NCBI GenBank assembly: GCA_951406725.2
Contig: OX597822.1
Location: 95,232,001-95,296,000 of the forward strand
Direction of reading: 5' to 3'
DNA length: 64,000 nucleotides
Source: Octopus vulgaris
Taxonomy: Eukaryota
The notes under the pieces were generated by a model, which was not told the DNA's origin, made no database searches, and saw only the letters and a program-made list of their open reading frames with translations. The translations under genes were made by a program, and so were the position numbers. Positions 25,950-39,461 of this stretch are shown here, in pieces; within the stretch, counting starts at the first letter, position 1; each line of letters starts with the position of its first letter.

Positions 25950-26733
25950 CTGTCCACACACTCATATGGCGCACACATATTGCATACTCACACGCACAAG
26001 CACAACACGAATAAAGTGAATACGTAAGATGTAACATACGGTGACACACACATACACACGCATACACGCGCACACACACACACACACACAAAACGCACAG
26101 AAAAAGTAAATATAAGACTAGGAAACAATTTTCGTTGAATTAGATCACACACTTGTTTTTGACTCACTTTATATTAGAAGCCATTTCCCAACCGCATCAT
26201 TTAGTTATGTCTGGGGAGAGTCATTTTCACTTTGTGCCTTATTATTTAAAACACTCACCGGTAAAATTTCCACTTTTTCCTTATTTTTTTATTTTTCTAA
26301 AATTTTCGTTGCGTGTTGCAACCTTTTCAATAGTTCTTTGACTCTCAAAACTATTGAAAAGGTTGCAACACGCAACGAAAATTTTAGAAAAATAAAAAAT
26401 AAGAAAAAAGTGGATATTTTACCGGTGAGTGTTTTAAATAATAAGGCACAAAAAAAAATGACTCTCCAGACAAAACTAAATGATGCGGTTGGGAAATGGC
26501 TTCTAATATAAAGTGAGTCAAAAGCAAGTGTGTGATCTAATTCAACGAAAATTGTTTCCTAGTCTTATATTTACTTTTTCTGTGCGTTGTGTGTGTGTGT
26601 GTGTGTGTGTGTGCGCGTGTATGCGTGTGTATGTGTGTGTCACCGTATGTTACATCGTACGTATTCACTTTATTCGTGTTGTGCTTGTGCGTGAGAGTAT
26701 GCAATATGTGTGCGCCATATGAGTGTGTGGACG

Positions 26734-26807
<74 letters not shown>

Positions 26808-27567
26808 GTGTGCATGTGTATGTATATATGTGGACGTATTTGTGTGAGTGTATGAGCCTGTGTATGTACCGCTTTGATCACATATTGTGCATGTGTGTGT
26901 GTGTGTTAAATATGTGTGTGTTTATGAATGTGCGCGTGCGTGTAATATATGTATGCGTGTGTGTGTGTGTGTATGTGAGTCTGCGTACGTGTCTAACCAC
27001 ACACGTGACATGATATTCCCCAGTTTAGTTGAAATAATTAACGTCGTTAACAATTGTGTTTTCTGTCTTATCTTCACATTGCAGACGATATTGTTTTACA
27101 TCTTTAGAAGTGTTGGCCATCTTGCTCTAAAATCTATTATTCAAAATAGAATCTTTGCTGAGAGTCACTGTATTATTTAGATCCATGTCAGCTTTATGGA
27201 ATATATTCGCAAAGTTGTTACATAGTATTACATGATAAAAGGAAACTTCTACATCTGTTTTGATGTATCCTGTGATATATCTTTTAACTACACAATTTGT
27301 GGATTCAATTCTGCCTGAGGTTAGCTCATCATTTTCCAGTCATCTGTTTGTATTTAAAAATTGTTGCTTCAAATCGGAGAATTAATATTATGATATAAGG
27401 AAACTTCTACAACTGTTTTGATGTATCCTGTGATATATCTTTTAACTACACAATTTGTGGATTCAATTCTGCCTGAGGTTAGCTCATCATTTTCCAGTAA
27501 TTTGTTTGTATTTAAAAATTGTTGCTTCAAATCGGAGAATTAATATTATGATATATTATTATACTGT
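25350..27567. repeat. Large inverted repeat (arms 25350-26335 and 26349-27567, 13-nt loop)
   Basis: For example GCAACCTTTTCAATAGTT pairs with AACTATTGAAAAGGTTGC at the axis, and CATAAAGCTGACATGGATC pairs with GATCCATGTCAGCTTTATG. The right arm has a ~158-bp tandem duplication at its outer end. Confidence 0.95.
26351..26387 (+). ncRNA. Minimal hammerhead-like motif with U3-A8 core (mirror copy 26297-26333 on minus)
   Basis: CTA-TTGAAAA-G-GTTGC-AACAC-GCAAC-GAAAATT-T-TAG: 5-bp stem II, AATT palindromic stem III, only a 3-bp stem I. Confidence 0.45.
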
Positions 27568-27585
27568 GTTATACACACATACACA

Positions 27586-27658
<73 letters not shown>

Positions 27659-28416
27659 ACACACACACACAAATATATGTATAGATGCAAGTGGATTTGT
27701 CTACCGAATCAATTTACAAGGTTTTGGTATAAGACATCAGCCTAGAATGCCGCACAGTGAACTGAACCCACGATCACATGGTTGTGAAGGAAAATTCTTA
27801 CAATCACAACCACGCTTATGTCTACCTTGGTTTTAGTCATTGGCGGTGACCATGCTGAGACACTACCCCGAGGAGCTTACGGGATCAAATCTACTTTGGT
27901 GTTTATTGATTTAAAATTCTGATACTTATAGTATCATCTCTTTTTGACGAATCGATACGTCACATAGACGTAAACCAACAAACACCATTTATAAAAATGA
28001 GGTTGGTGGACGCAAAGACAAACACATAAACGCAAATCACTAACACACATATGCAGACAAACACAGAGACACACGTACGCATACATAGATATATACATGC
28101 ATATGTACGAGCACACATGCAAATATACGTGGTTCTCTTACATTTATGTGTACTTGTTGGACTCGTGGAAATTCCACAGAACGATAAAAATTAAAAGAAG
28201 CTATTTAAAAAAGAAGGGACGATTTGCATTTTTATTTTTATCTTGCTAAGTATTTCTCTCCCACTCACAATAATATATTTAAAAAATTCCCTCTACTAAG
28301 TCCTTTATATTTATCTCTTTCTCTCTACCTCTTCAACAAACTTTTTAGCCATTTAACCATGTAGTTCCCGCTTTCATGTCTTTAACATCTCTCGCTTTCT
28401 CTTCATCTCTCACTGC

Positions 28417-28529
<113 letters not shown>

Positions 28530-28649
28530 TGTAAGTGTCTCCCCTACCCATCTTTCTTTGTCTGCCTTTGTTTAATCTCATCACCAGAACATTACCCTCT
28601 GATAAATATTGTATCCTAAACATATCTCTTTCTCTTTGACTTTCCCTCC

Positions 28650-28714
<65 letters not shown>

Positions 28715-29326
28715 GCACATTCATATATATGCACACATCCATATATTGTGAATTATACTTATATACATGCATATATATATGTATATGTATATTTATATGT
28801 GCGTATGTGTAAGTGTGCAAGTGCGTGTCCGTGTGCGCGCGCTTATAATTAATTTCTTTGAATGCTTTAATCTGTTAACTATGTATTAACAGACATTTAA
28901 ATCTTTTTCTTTTCTCCTGCTGTTTTTATTTATATCTCAGTTTCTCATTTGTCCTATGGTCCCTCTTTGTCTCTCTAACCTGTTTATTGCTCTAACGTTA
29001 GGACGAGGTCACTCGGATAACGCTAAGCAGGGGATAATGAGAGAATACTTTGAGTATCTTTAATAAACAATTCTAGTTTTTATTCATTTTAATTAAAGGT
29101 ATGTAGATTTAATTGCAGATTTAATTAAAATGTAGATTCAATTAAAGATACCCGCTCTCGCATATATAAATATATATATCTGTTTGCGTGTGTGTATATC
29201 TGTGTGTCTGCACGCCTCTATCGTTGTAAGTCTATTGCTTGGCAACCAGTGTTCGTTTGTTTACTTCCCGATAATTTACACACACATACACACACATGTA
29301 TATTTTTTTTATAAGGAAGTGGTTTG

Positions 29327-29368
29327 CAGTGACTTCGAAGTTTCGGCTCACTAATCGTCATCAGTCTG
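29327..29368 (-). ncRNA. Partly decayed type-I hammerhead motif
   Basis: Minus strand CAGA-CTGATGA-CGATTAGTGAGCC-GAAACTTCGAAGT-C-ACTG: intact core, palindromic stem III ACTTCGAAGT, GUC site, weak stems I and II. Confidence 0.6.
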
Positions 29369-30320
29369 ATAAACTTTTCCCTGTAAGAATTAATATTAAT
29401 ATGGTACTCTGCTAAAAATATTGAGTGATCCTTCAATATAATATTCAAATATTTTATATATAGCTACATAAAACAAATATCAACATACACATTCATTTAA
29501 ACTTCACCCACACACACAACATTGTGCTTCTCCATGAAAACTTACTAATATTGGTATTCACAAAATATATTTATGTACGCACACACACATACACATACAT
29601 ATATTTATACATACTGAAAAATACGACCTAGACATTATCTAGATTAAACAATTCAAATATAAAGAGAAAAACCCAACACAAAAATATATGAAAGAAAAAT
29701 AAATATAAGAATGAAGAAATTGAAATGAACCTAAGTTGAAGTTAACCTTCCCCACCACACTCGTTGAAAATATTTAAAACCTCTTTTCTAGGATAAAAAG
29801 GAATTGATTTGTATTTCTTAATTGATAAAGAAATGAAGGGAAAATTCACAAAAGATAGTAATCAGATGAGAATCCAGGGAATAAAAAAAAAAAACATTTG
29901 CAATATTTCTGAATGAATAAATACGATATATGGTCGACAGGGATTTGTTTGAAATCCATAGAAATTAAATCAGAAATGAAAATATAGAAATCAAAGAGAC
30001 ATTTCTGTGTTTTATAATGGATTAGAATTTATTGGTAAAAGGAAATTCTGATGGCCGACATATCGACCGGAAGTGAAAATGATGAGAATGAGAGTTAGCT
30101 ATTGAGACAATAGAGAAAGAGGAATAAAAGGATAAAAGCAAAACCTGTATGTATATGCATACAGGAATGCATACATACACACATACATGCGTACTCATGT
30201 AAGTACGTACATACATGCATACAAACATACAGGTATACATACTTACATACATGCAAACATACATATCCGCACACATATATAGGCTTCTTATGTATGTATA
30301 TATTGGTAAATGTGTATGTG

Positions 30321-30363
<43 letters not shown>

Positions 30364-30491
30364 TAAATATACACACACAAGCACAGAGACCGGGAGGAGA
30401 GGGAAGTTGATAAATGAAAATAGAAAGAATAAGAATATATATAGGTATGTATATATATATGTATATGCATGCCTGTATGTGTATATATATA

Positions 30492-30543
<52 letters not shown>

Positions 30544-30549
30544 CATACA

Positions 30550-30585
<36 letters not shown>

Positions 30586-30731
30586 TATATAAACATACAC
30601 ACACAGGCACAGAGACCGGGGGAAGCAAAGGGAAGTTGATAAATGAAAATAGAAAGAATAAGAATATATATAGGTATGTATATATATATATGTATATGCA
30701 TGTGTGTATGTATTTCTACCTGTCTATTCTG

Positions 30732-30802
<71 letters not shown>

Positions 30803-30846
30803 GTCTGTCTGTCTATCTATCTACGTAATGTATGTATATACTTGTA

Positions 30847-31033
30847 GGCGTTGCTCTACGGTAAGAAGTTTGCTTTATAAGCACAAGGTTCCGGGTTCAG
30901 TCTTACTGCGTTTCAACTTGGGCAACTGTTTTGTGCTATAGTTTCGGGCAGACCAAAGCCTTGTGAGTGAATTTGGTAGATGGAAATTGAAAGAAGCCCG
31001 TCGTATATATATATATGTTCCTGTCCCATTTTG

Positions 31034-31105
<72 letters not shown>

Positions 31106-31335
31106 CGTGTGTGTGTGTGTGTGCGGGTACATGCGCGTGCGTATATGTGTGTATTCGGCCACTACTTAACCGATTTTGGTGCGTTTACGTTTCCGTAACT
31201 TAGCTCTTCGGCAAAAAAAACTGATACTATAAGTATCACGCTTAAAAAATAAGTACCGGGATCAATTGATTCGATAAAATCTCTTCAAGGCCTTGTCTCA
31301 GCATAGCCAGAGTCACTTGAGTGAAACAAGTAAAG
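30847..31335 (+). mobile_element. SINE family A (diverged)
   Basis: Head, internal microsatellite and tail are recognisable. Confidence 0.8.
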
Positions 31336-31562
31336 TGCAAAAGCTATATAATTTCAAAACACAAACACCAAAAGATTCAGGCACGTTAGAATTTTACATG
31401 AAGTTTGTTGTGCGGTCCACACTCTTCATCAGCTGGAGTCAACGAATTCAACAGTTGATGCTATTATGGAATGCACAGATTCTTGTGGTTCCTATTGGGG
31501 CACGCATTTACCTCCCGTTATCTGCAGAGTCACCACACCAAACTGTCTGCGTCTGTGACAAA

Positions 31563-31952
31563 TCTCTCTATATATAAAGCTGAAGTTGTCTGTGTATGGC
31601 AGGTTTGGTAGCCTTCAACTAACACTATCTCCACCGAGACCCTGCGGCACAAGTTGACCAAAATTGAGAGTATGATAGAAGATGGCTTGCTCTTTTTTCC
31701 TTAGAAGAAAAAATTCAAATCGGACTATATTAAGACCAAAAATTATTTACATCAAAAAGGTGCTTTTTTTATGAGAATCCCTATTTTTTACGATTTTTTG
31801 ACTGCTGTGTCGCCATTTTTCGGTGTATTTCAACCAGAAAAATGTTCATTTAAAGAGAATAACAAGCTACATAATGCAAAACTTTTACTTTTCAAAAATT
31901 TCAATTCTAAAGGGTCGAAACAAACCCGAGCAACACCGGGCGATACTGCTAG
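31563..31952 (+). mobile_element. Non-autonomous Helitron (different internal sequence)
   Basis: A|TCTCTCTATATATAAAG start and CCCGAGCAACACCGGGCGATACTGCTAG|T end. Confidence 0.85.
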
Positions 31953-32689
31953 TCTATTCATAAAAAACTATTTTGTTTTACTACTAATGATTTCTCCATA
32001 CTCCTTTCTCACAGACATCCTGTCCTATCTCGCACATGCTCTGTAATATCTCACACATACTCTGTTATCTCCCATTCTCCACTCTCTCTCTTTCACAAAC
32101 ACACATACACACACACGCACACATATACAACGCGCTTCTCTCAGTTTCTATCAGCCAAATTCACTCACAAGATATTAGTCGGCCCAGACGTATAGTAGAA
32201 GATATTAGCCCAAAGTGCTGCGGTGTGGGACTGAACTTAAAATTACGTGGTTGCAAAACGAGGTCATGGAGGTTTCTGAGATCACGTTAAAAGCCTTTTG
32301 TTACGTGTTTGCTATGCGTTTAGGATAGTAGCTTCAAACTGCTTTCAATTATTTCTTGTAGTAGTTTGAGAAATCTTTCACAAGTATTTACTTTCAATTT
32401 TGCAAAATAAACATAAAACAAAAACTTAATCCATTTCACCCTCACTTGTGACTTTTCATTCACTTACAATCAAGATCTCCATAGTAATTTTACTTCTGTT
32501 CAATCTTTCCTTCTAAATAAAAACAACAAAAAAAAAACTCTTTCACCCACTTCTTTCCAGAGATTAACTTGAGCCCTGGTACCCTCACAGCTTGGATTTC
32601 TTTGTAACGTTAATGGTTAACCTCCTCGGCATAAAGATGATTAAGCGTAAATTTAGGTGAGATCTGACTATTGGCTTTACTACATTCAA

Positions 32690-32840
32690 CCACCTTTCTT
32701 CCTTTATCGCTCTCCGTTCTGTTATGACTACGCTCATTGATGTTCTATGCGACAAAATTGACCAGATCCTTTCTCGTTGTCCTTAAATTATTATTGTCTT
32801 TAGTGATATCAATACTCATCATGTTAATTGGTCCAACTCT
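32690..32840 (+). pseudogene. Degenerate APE endonuclease fragment of a LINE (CR1/Jockey group)
   Basis: FLYRSP...IDVLCDKIDQILSRCP*IIIVFSDINTHHVNW matches the YRSP and GDFN.HH..W motifs. Confidence 0.65.
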
Positions 32841-33270
32841 AAAGTCGTTGATTTTGCTATGACTTAACGTCTTTAATTTCTCTCTGGTTAAACTCATTAA
32901 TTTAATTGGCTCTATGCTAAAATCTGGTTCCTCCTGAAATCAATATCGTTAATTTCTTCCCGTTTCAATGTCTTTCTCAGCTGGTCAGTTTCCCAATTCG
33001 TTATTCAAGTCATCATCTCAATTCTCTCCTCCTTCATCTTTGATGGCATTTACTCTACTTCGCATGATCCACTTGATAAAGCTGACCACGTAATTTCTCT
33101 GGATATATTTTTTTAATTCCCAGAAGAAATCTTTTACATGAACACACACATGAACACACACACGTACACGTACACACACACACACACATACACACACACA
33201 CACTCACACGCACACGTACACACACACACGCACACGTATATGCATATATACATACGCATATATGCATAAA

Positions 33271-33501
33271 AGGCGGCGAGCTGGCAGAAACGTTAGCACG
33301 CCGGGCGAAATGCGTAGCCGTATTTCGTCTGCCGTTACGTTCAGAGTTCAAATTCCGCCGAGATCGACTTTGCCTTTCATCCTCTTGGGGTCGATAAATT
33401 AAGTACCAGTTACGCACTGGAGTCGATGTAATCGTCTTAATCCGTTTGTCTGTCCTTGTTTGTCCCCTCTATGTTTAGCCCCTTGTGGGTAGTAAAGAAA
33501 T
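33271..33501 (+). mobile_element. SINE family B
   Basis: Young full monomer. Confidence 0.9.
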
Positions 33502-33514
33502 ATATATACATACG

Positions 33515-33825
33515 TATGCTTGGCTGTCACTCGCAAGAGTATGACCTTGTAGATTGGATCCCGCTTTCGCTTGATGCTTATGTTGTCGAGAGCAGATACA
33601 AACACCCACTCCGCCATTACATTCTTGCACCACCAGACCATGGAGGACGTGACGGCAGGTAAAAGTGGGAGAAAGAGCCGCGTTAGTATTTCGCTGGTGC
33701 TCACTTATATACAGAAGAGTAGACAGGAGCAACGTAAAATGAAGTTTCTTGCTCAAGGACATAACACGCTACCCAGTCCAGGAATCGAACCCACAACTTC
33801 CAAGTCATGAGCCCCAACGCCCTAC
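33515..33825 (-). mobile_element. SINE family D-like (tRNA head plus TGTCCTTGAGCAAG domain)
   Basis: Minus strand GGTTCGATTCCTGGACTGGG...GTCCTTGAGCAAGAAACTTCATTTTAC; related to 44390-44731. Confidence 0.7.
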
Positions 33826-34057
33826 ATCACACGATACAAACGCGCACACACACACACACACGCACACTCATGCACGCACACAAACACACGACCGCCTCCA
33901 CAAACACATGCAAATATATTAGGGAGCTTCAAATGGTTGAACGGATTCTTCGGCAAATCAAAAGTAGTTCATTTAATTACAACTAAATGTAGAGTATTTT
34001 GAGTAGAATACACATTGTCTCTTGATCTACTGTTTCTCTGTCACTAAATCAATATTA

Positions 34058-34278
34058 CTCTCTTTGACTTGTTTCAGTCATTTGTCTGCGCCCATGCTGG
34101 AGCACCGCCTTTTTTTAGTCGAAGAAATTGACCCCAAGACTTATTCTTTGGAAGCCTAGTACTTATTCTATCGGTGTCTTTTGCCGAACCGCTAAGTTAC
34201 GGGGACGTAAACACACCGCCATCAGTTGTTGGGGGGGGGGACAAACACAGACATGCAAACATATACACACACATACAT

Positions 34279-34326
<48 letters not shown>

Positions 34327-34490
34327 GCGATGGGCCTCTTTCAGTTTCCATCTACCAAATCCACTCACAAGGCTTTGGTCGGCCCGAGGCTATAGTAGAA
34401 GACACTTTCCCAAGGTTCCACGCAGTGGGAATGAACCCGAAACCATGTGGCTGGTAAGCAAACTACTTACCACAAAACCACTCCTGCGCC
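34058..34490 (-). mobile_element. SINE family A with tandemly reiterated 5' end
   Basis: Full copy followed by (CCACTCCTGCGCCTATAG)n to about 34565. Confidence 0.88.
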
Positions 34491-34666
34491 TATAGCCACT
34501 CCTGCGCCTATAGCCACTCCTGCGCCTATAGCCACTCCTGCGCCTATAGCCACTCCTTCGCCTATATGCAAAATATTCCTGCGCCTAATATGCAAAATAT
34601 TCGATTAAGTGTAGTCACCAATATACAAATATGAAAATTATTATGTTTGTAAAATTTTAAATACAG

Positions 34667-35104
34667 GGATCTTTTCGGTTTGAACGGCAGTTTTTAACAT
34701 AATTTCTAGGTAACTAAAAAATTTTAAACTTCGTATACTGATGGAATGTGTTTATAAAACATCTTTTTCTCTTGGCTTTATTCAGAAAATTCTATAGTTT
34801 GTAAGATATTTGTTGTTTTTCTTCTTCAATTTCTGCAATTTCAACCAATCAATTACGTCCATTGAGGTAAAAAACATTCTGTGCCGTATGAATATGTCCC
34901 TCGTTTAAGAAACAGATTGGCTTTATTTACATTTGTGAAGAAAAAAAGATACCCTTCCCCCACCCCTAAACCTAACCCTAACCCTAACTAACCCTAACCC
35001 TAAAAAAGATTGAAATGCAATAGATCGATACTAGGGTCATAATTATGGGTGACAATTTCATATGACACCGCTAGCAAAAACTGTCGTTCAAACCGATAAG
35101 ATCC
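34667..35104. mobile_element. Non-autonomous TIR DNA transposon with 8-bp TSD
   Basis: 29-bp TIRs GGATCTTTTCGGTTTGAACGGCAGTTTTT (2 mismatches). TSD AAATACAG at 34659-34666 and 35105-35112. Internal (CCCTAA)n. Confidence 0.9.
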
Positions 35105-35547
35105 AAATACAGAACTGATTAAAAAAAACAATACACTTTCAATCAAAATGTATAAAATCGCAGATTATTTTATACAAAATGCTATAATTTTTTTTGCAAG
35201 TGCGATAATTCAACGGATCCTTCTACTTTCAGACACCTTCGCCTCCGTATATTTAGCTTCTGTGTTTCTGTGCAAATCATTTTTAACATACAGGAGTACA
35301 GGACAAAAAAAAAAAAAAAAGATAAGTTTAGTAGAATCGTCAGTGTCAGGAAAGAAAGTAACCTTCAATAATTCTTCTAGCCTTTTACGTTCTGAGTTCA
35401 AATCGACCCGAGTTCATGTTTGTTGGAGTCAAAATACCATTCAAATACTGTTGGCGATAATATTAACTTACACTCCCCCCCCCCAAAAAAAAACAAACAA
35501 GCAATAAACTGCTGGAATGTTCCTAAATTATTATTACTATTATTATT

Positions 35548-35961
35548 TATGGGTTTTTCTTCTTCTTTCAAATTTGCTTCCATTTCTTGCCGAGTGTCTT
35601 CCCGACTCCTAGGGCAAAGAAACTCATAGTATACATTGGTAGGCCATTAAACTAAACTCACTAGTTCGTTCATTTTTTTTTTATAGAAATAAAGTTAACT
35701 TAAAATACATGGGTAGTAATAGTTCTCACATCGACAATGCTCTTCTCAATACGTGTGATGTACCAGTTAAGACAATCTTTTGCACTTCTTGCAGGGATGG
35801 TAAGCCAGGGATCATTCTCATATAATTTTCGGTTCCCTTCTTGATCATTCCTAGTGCTCCTACGATCACTGGTATTGTAACCGCCTTGAGATGCCACATT
35901 TTCTCAATTTCAATGAGCAGGTCTTTATATTTTCTGAGCTTGTCAAATTCTTTCGCCGAGA

Positions 35962-35962
<1 letters not shown>
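35548..35962 (-). mobile_element. R4/Dong-like LINE 3' end flanked by TAA repeats on both sides
   Basis: Minus translation ISAKEFDKLRKYKDLLIEIEKMWHLKAVTIPVIVGALGMIKKG...VQKIVLTGTSHVLRRALSM*. (TAA)n at 35963-36032 and 35527-35547. Confidence 0.88.
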
Positions 35963-36033
<71 letters not shown>

Positions 36034-36619
36034 GCAGATATAGGGGTAAAACTGGATTTTGCTTTTATAAACGACAAAACAGTTTGCTAGTCTCTAAAAT
36101 ATATGCAATGTGGCATGTTTGAACAGATATTTTCCAATAATGAAATACGTGCCACCATCACCCAAAGAAGATATAAAATAAGTAATTTATACATATACAC
36201 CACCCAGGCGATAATGGAAACAGTATAGCTTTTCCGAATTTATCACTATTTTCCAATGTTTTTAACTTGTTCAGAACGAACTGGTTATCTCATAAATGGG
36301 ACAAAATCACGTTAGGTTAAAAGTGTATCACAAATGTATGCAGTTATAAGAAATTGAGAGAAAAATTTTAAACTTTCAACATATAGTTATTATATGTGGT
36401 AATGTTCTAAAATTGATTAAGTTTTGTCTTAATTTCCATGAAGACGTGGTTATTATTTTTAAAAAGTATTTAAAAAAATTTATTTCTCTTTTTCACCAGA
36501 AGAACATTAAGTGTGTTTAAGGAGAAATTTCTTTTCAGTCGTCTACAACTTTATCAATTATGATAGTGCTATAAAAAAACTCACCCGTTTTTGATGACAC
36601 TGTCATCAAACTGTTGTGA

Positions 36620-37182
36620 AATGTACTTCACCTAAAAATAAACCACAGATATCCATGGTCTGAAACCGTATTCAGATTCACATAATCAAAATCTTTAGTT
36701 ACTTAAGTAAGAAAATCAATATTAAACGAAATCGTGGCAGCGACAATATATTCATTCTTTATGGCTGAGGCTACAAATATTTTCCACACTAAACAGATTT
36801 CTATGTACATATGTTATGATTTTAATTACGAAATCAAAGATTATTTTAATGATGTCTGTAATGTAGAGTCTACAGCTGGCGAAAAGATGGGCGGAATATT
36901 CTTGTCTTGTTTTATTTTTGGGAAGAATTGTATTACAGAGAGAAAATGTGAAAAGTCATGACTATGGTAGAGCTGATATGAGCAGATCTCGCAAGGGATG
37001 CGACACAAAAATTCTTCTTCATATAAAAAAGATTCATACGTTTCACTGCCTTGCACACTGCTTGAATTTTATAATCTGTTTCATTGTTTAATATGGTAAA
37101 AAAGATTATATAGTTTCTTTATAGTAATGCCAAGTAAAAGCAAAGCTTCGTTCACGTAGGCTGAGAACTTCCCTACCAAAGA

Positions 37183-37242
<60 letters not shown>

Positions 37243-37560
37243 TAAAAGAAACCCCCCGAAAAAACTCACTGAAAGAAGATGAACCTGTAGATAAACCTGG
37301 AAGAGAACCATAAAAAAAACATGTTTATAGCACTATTGCAGTTTCTGATGAAGTTATGTGAAAGTAGTTCACTTGATCCTGCAAGTGGCGATGCAGTAAT
37401 AATTTTATTTGAAGATGTGACAATAATATTTTTAGGGACACATCAAATGTTCTTTCACTGTAAAGTATTGCTTTGCAAGCTGCATATACAATCATCGATG
37501 ATACTCCGAAAAGACTTAATGAGTTGAGGCTTGAAAAAGAAAAAGAATTTAAGGTTGTCG
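36620..37560 (+). pseudogene. Degenerate hAT transposase
   Basis: IYSFFMAEATNIFHTKQISMYICY...IKDYF...VESTAGEKMG resembles FSIMADETTDIS..EQLS..RY..TTGE. DYGRADMS...FHCLAHCLNF resembles YDGA.NMSG...HC.AH.LNL. Interrupted by (GA)n. Confidence 0.7.
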
Positions 37561-38260
37561 CATGATGGTGGTGTTTGCTGATGCTACGTGTGAATGATTT
37601 AGTAACGCCTTGTGAACATTTAAATATGGTTTTGCTTGTGCTGCACAAATCGTAAGTTGGTCATGAATTACAAAATATCCACATAGGGGCAACAGTAGGA
37701 AATGTAAAGCAACGTACAATGTAGCTAGATATCAAACTTAGCACTGGGGTTGGATCAAATACAGGAATATATATATACGTCACTTCATATCTGCCCTCAT
37801 AACCACATGTCAAATCGAGCACAGAGCCATTAAAACGTCTATTTTTAACGGCTGGTCAACAGCATGCAGTCGTTAGAACGATTATTCGAAGAAGTGAGCG
37901 TATCGTACCGCAACCATGCACACACTGCAGTTCGGACTCTTTTACGACTCTACTAAGAGGCTTAATACAAAGAATACTCTAGGAGCATCTGGAGAAACCA
38001 TTAAGTGAAAACCAATCGCTGGTTGGCTGATAACTTGACCTCACACATGAAACAGTCGCGGCTTGAAGTCCGTTATTTTGACGAATTGAATTCAAGTCTG
38101 CTACAAAGTAATGCAAATATGTATTATAAGAAATTTAAATTGGAGACGATGAAAAATAATATTTTTCTACCTTCCATAGTATTTGAAACCGCATGCTAAT
38201 TTTTCAAAGATTTGATTTTCAAATGAAGTAATTTAATCTTCGCTGTGTCCCAATATATGT

Positions 38261-38486
38261 TTCTTTATTGCCCACAAGGGGCTAAACATAGAGGGAACAA
38301 ACAAGGACAGACAAACGGATTAAGTCGATTACATTGACCCCAGTGCGTAACTGGTACTTAATTTTATCGACCCCTAAAGGATGAAAGGCAAAGTCGACCA
38401 CGGCGGAATTTGAACTCAGAACGTAACGGCAGACGAAATACGGCTACGCATTTCGTCCGGCGCGCCAACGTTCCTGCCAGCTTGCC
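38261..38486 (-). mobile_element. SINE family B with 17-bp TSD
   Basis: TSD CTGTGTCCCAATATATG at 38244-38260 and 38487-38503. Confidence 0.92.
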
Positions 38487-38740
38487 CTGTGTCCCAATAT
38501 ATGCTGTCTATACGCTTTCGTCTAAAAGAAACGAGTAAGAAAATGTGTGTGTGCGCGCGCGTCTGTATCTGTGTGCGTACGTGTGTGTATATTATATCTG
38601 AGCGAGAGAAATAATAAAAGTGAGAGAGGAAGAGAGAGAGAGAGAGAGAGTAAGCAGGGAGAGCTGAAGAAAGACGAAGGAGAGAAATTTAAAAGAAAGT
38701 GAATGAGAAAGTAAAATCGAAAGTAAGATGATTGCCACTA

Positions 38741-39147
38741 GGCGCAGGAGTGGCTGTCTGGTAAGTAGCTTGCTAACCGGGTTCAGTCCCACTGCGTGGC
38801 ACCTTGGGCAAGTGTCTTCTGCTATAGCCCCGGGCCGACCAATACCTTGTGAGTGGATTTGGTAGACGGAAACTGAAAGAAGCTTGTCGTATATATGTAT
38901 ATATATATATATATATGCGTGTGTGTGTTTGTGTGTTTGTGTTTGTCCCCCTAGCATTGCTTGACAACCGATGCTGGTGTGTTTATGTCCCCGTTACTTA
39001 GCGGTTCGGCAAAAGAGACCGATAGAATAAGTACTGGGCTTACAAAAGAATAGGTCCCGGGGTCGAGTTGCTCGATTAAAGGCGGTGCTCCAGCATGGCC
39101 GCAGTCAAATGACTGAAACAATTAAAAGAGTAAAAGAGAGTAAAGAA
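38741..39147 (+). mobile_element. SINE family A
   Basis: Full copy with a small deletion in the head. Confidence 0.9.
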
Positions 39148-39408
39148 TAACACTCAAACTCTAATACCACTTCATTACTACTACTACTACCAGTCTTTCA
39201 ACTTTTCTTTTCCTGAATCAGCATTGGTTTATGTCTGGAGATTTTCAAACTCGGAATATTTTTCTTCGCGCATTATTATTCTGGGAGTTTTTGTGTTCCA
39301 AGTTTCGAAACAGAAGATTGGTTCAAAAAAGGTGCATGGATTTCAAGACTAACAGACAAACAACGAAATTTATATAAAGAAATAGATAACAACGTTTTAT
39401 ACTTAGTG

Positions 39409-39412
<4 letters not shown>

Positions 39413-39461
<49 letters not shown>

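Noticed and set aside
34964-35003. Telomere or chromosome-fusion relic
   Set aside because: The tract is short and lies inside a TIR/TSD-bounded transposon.
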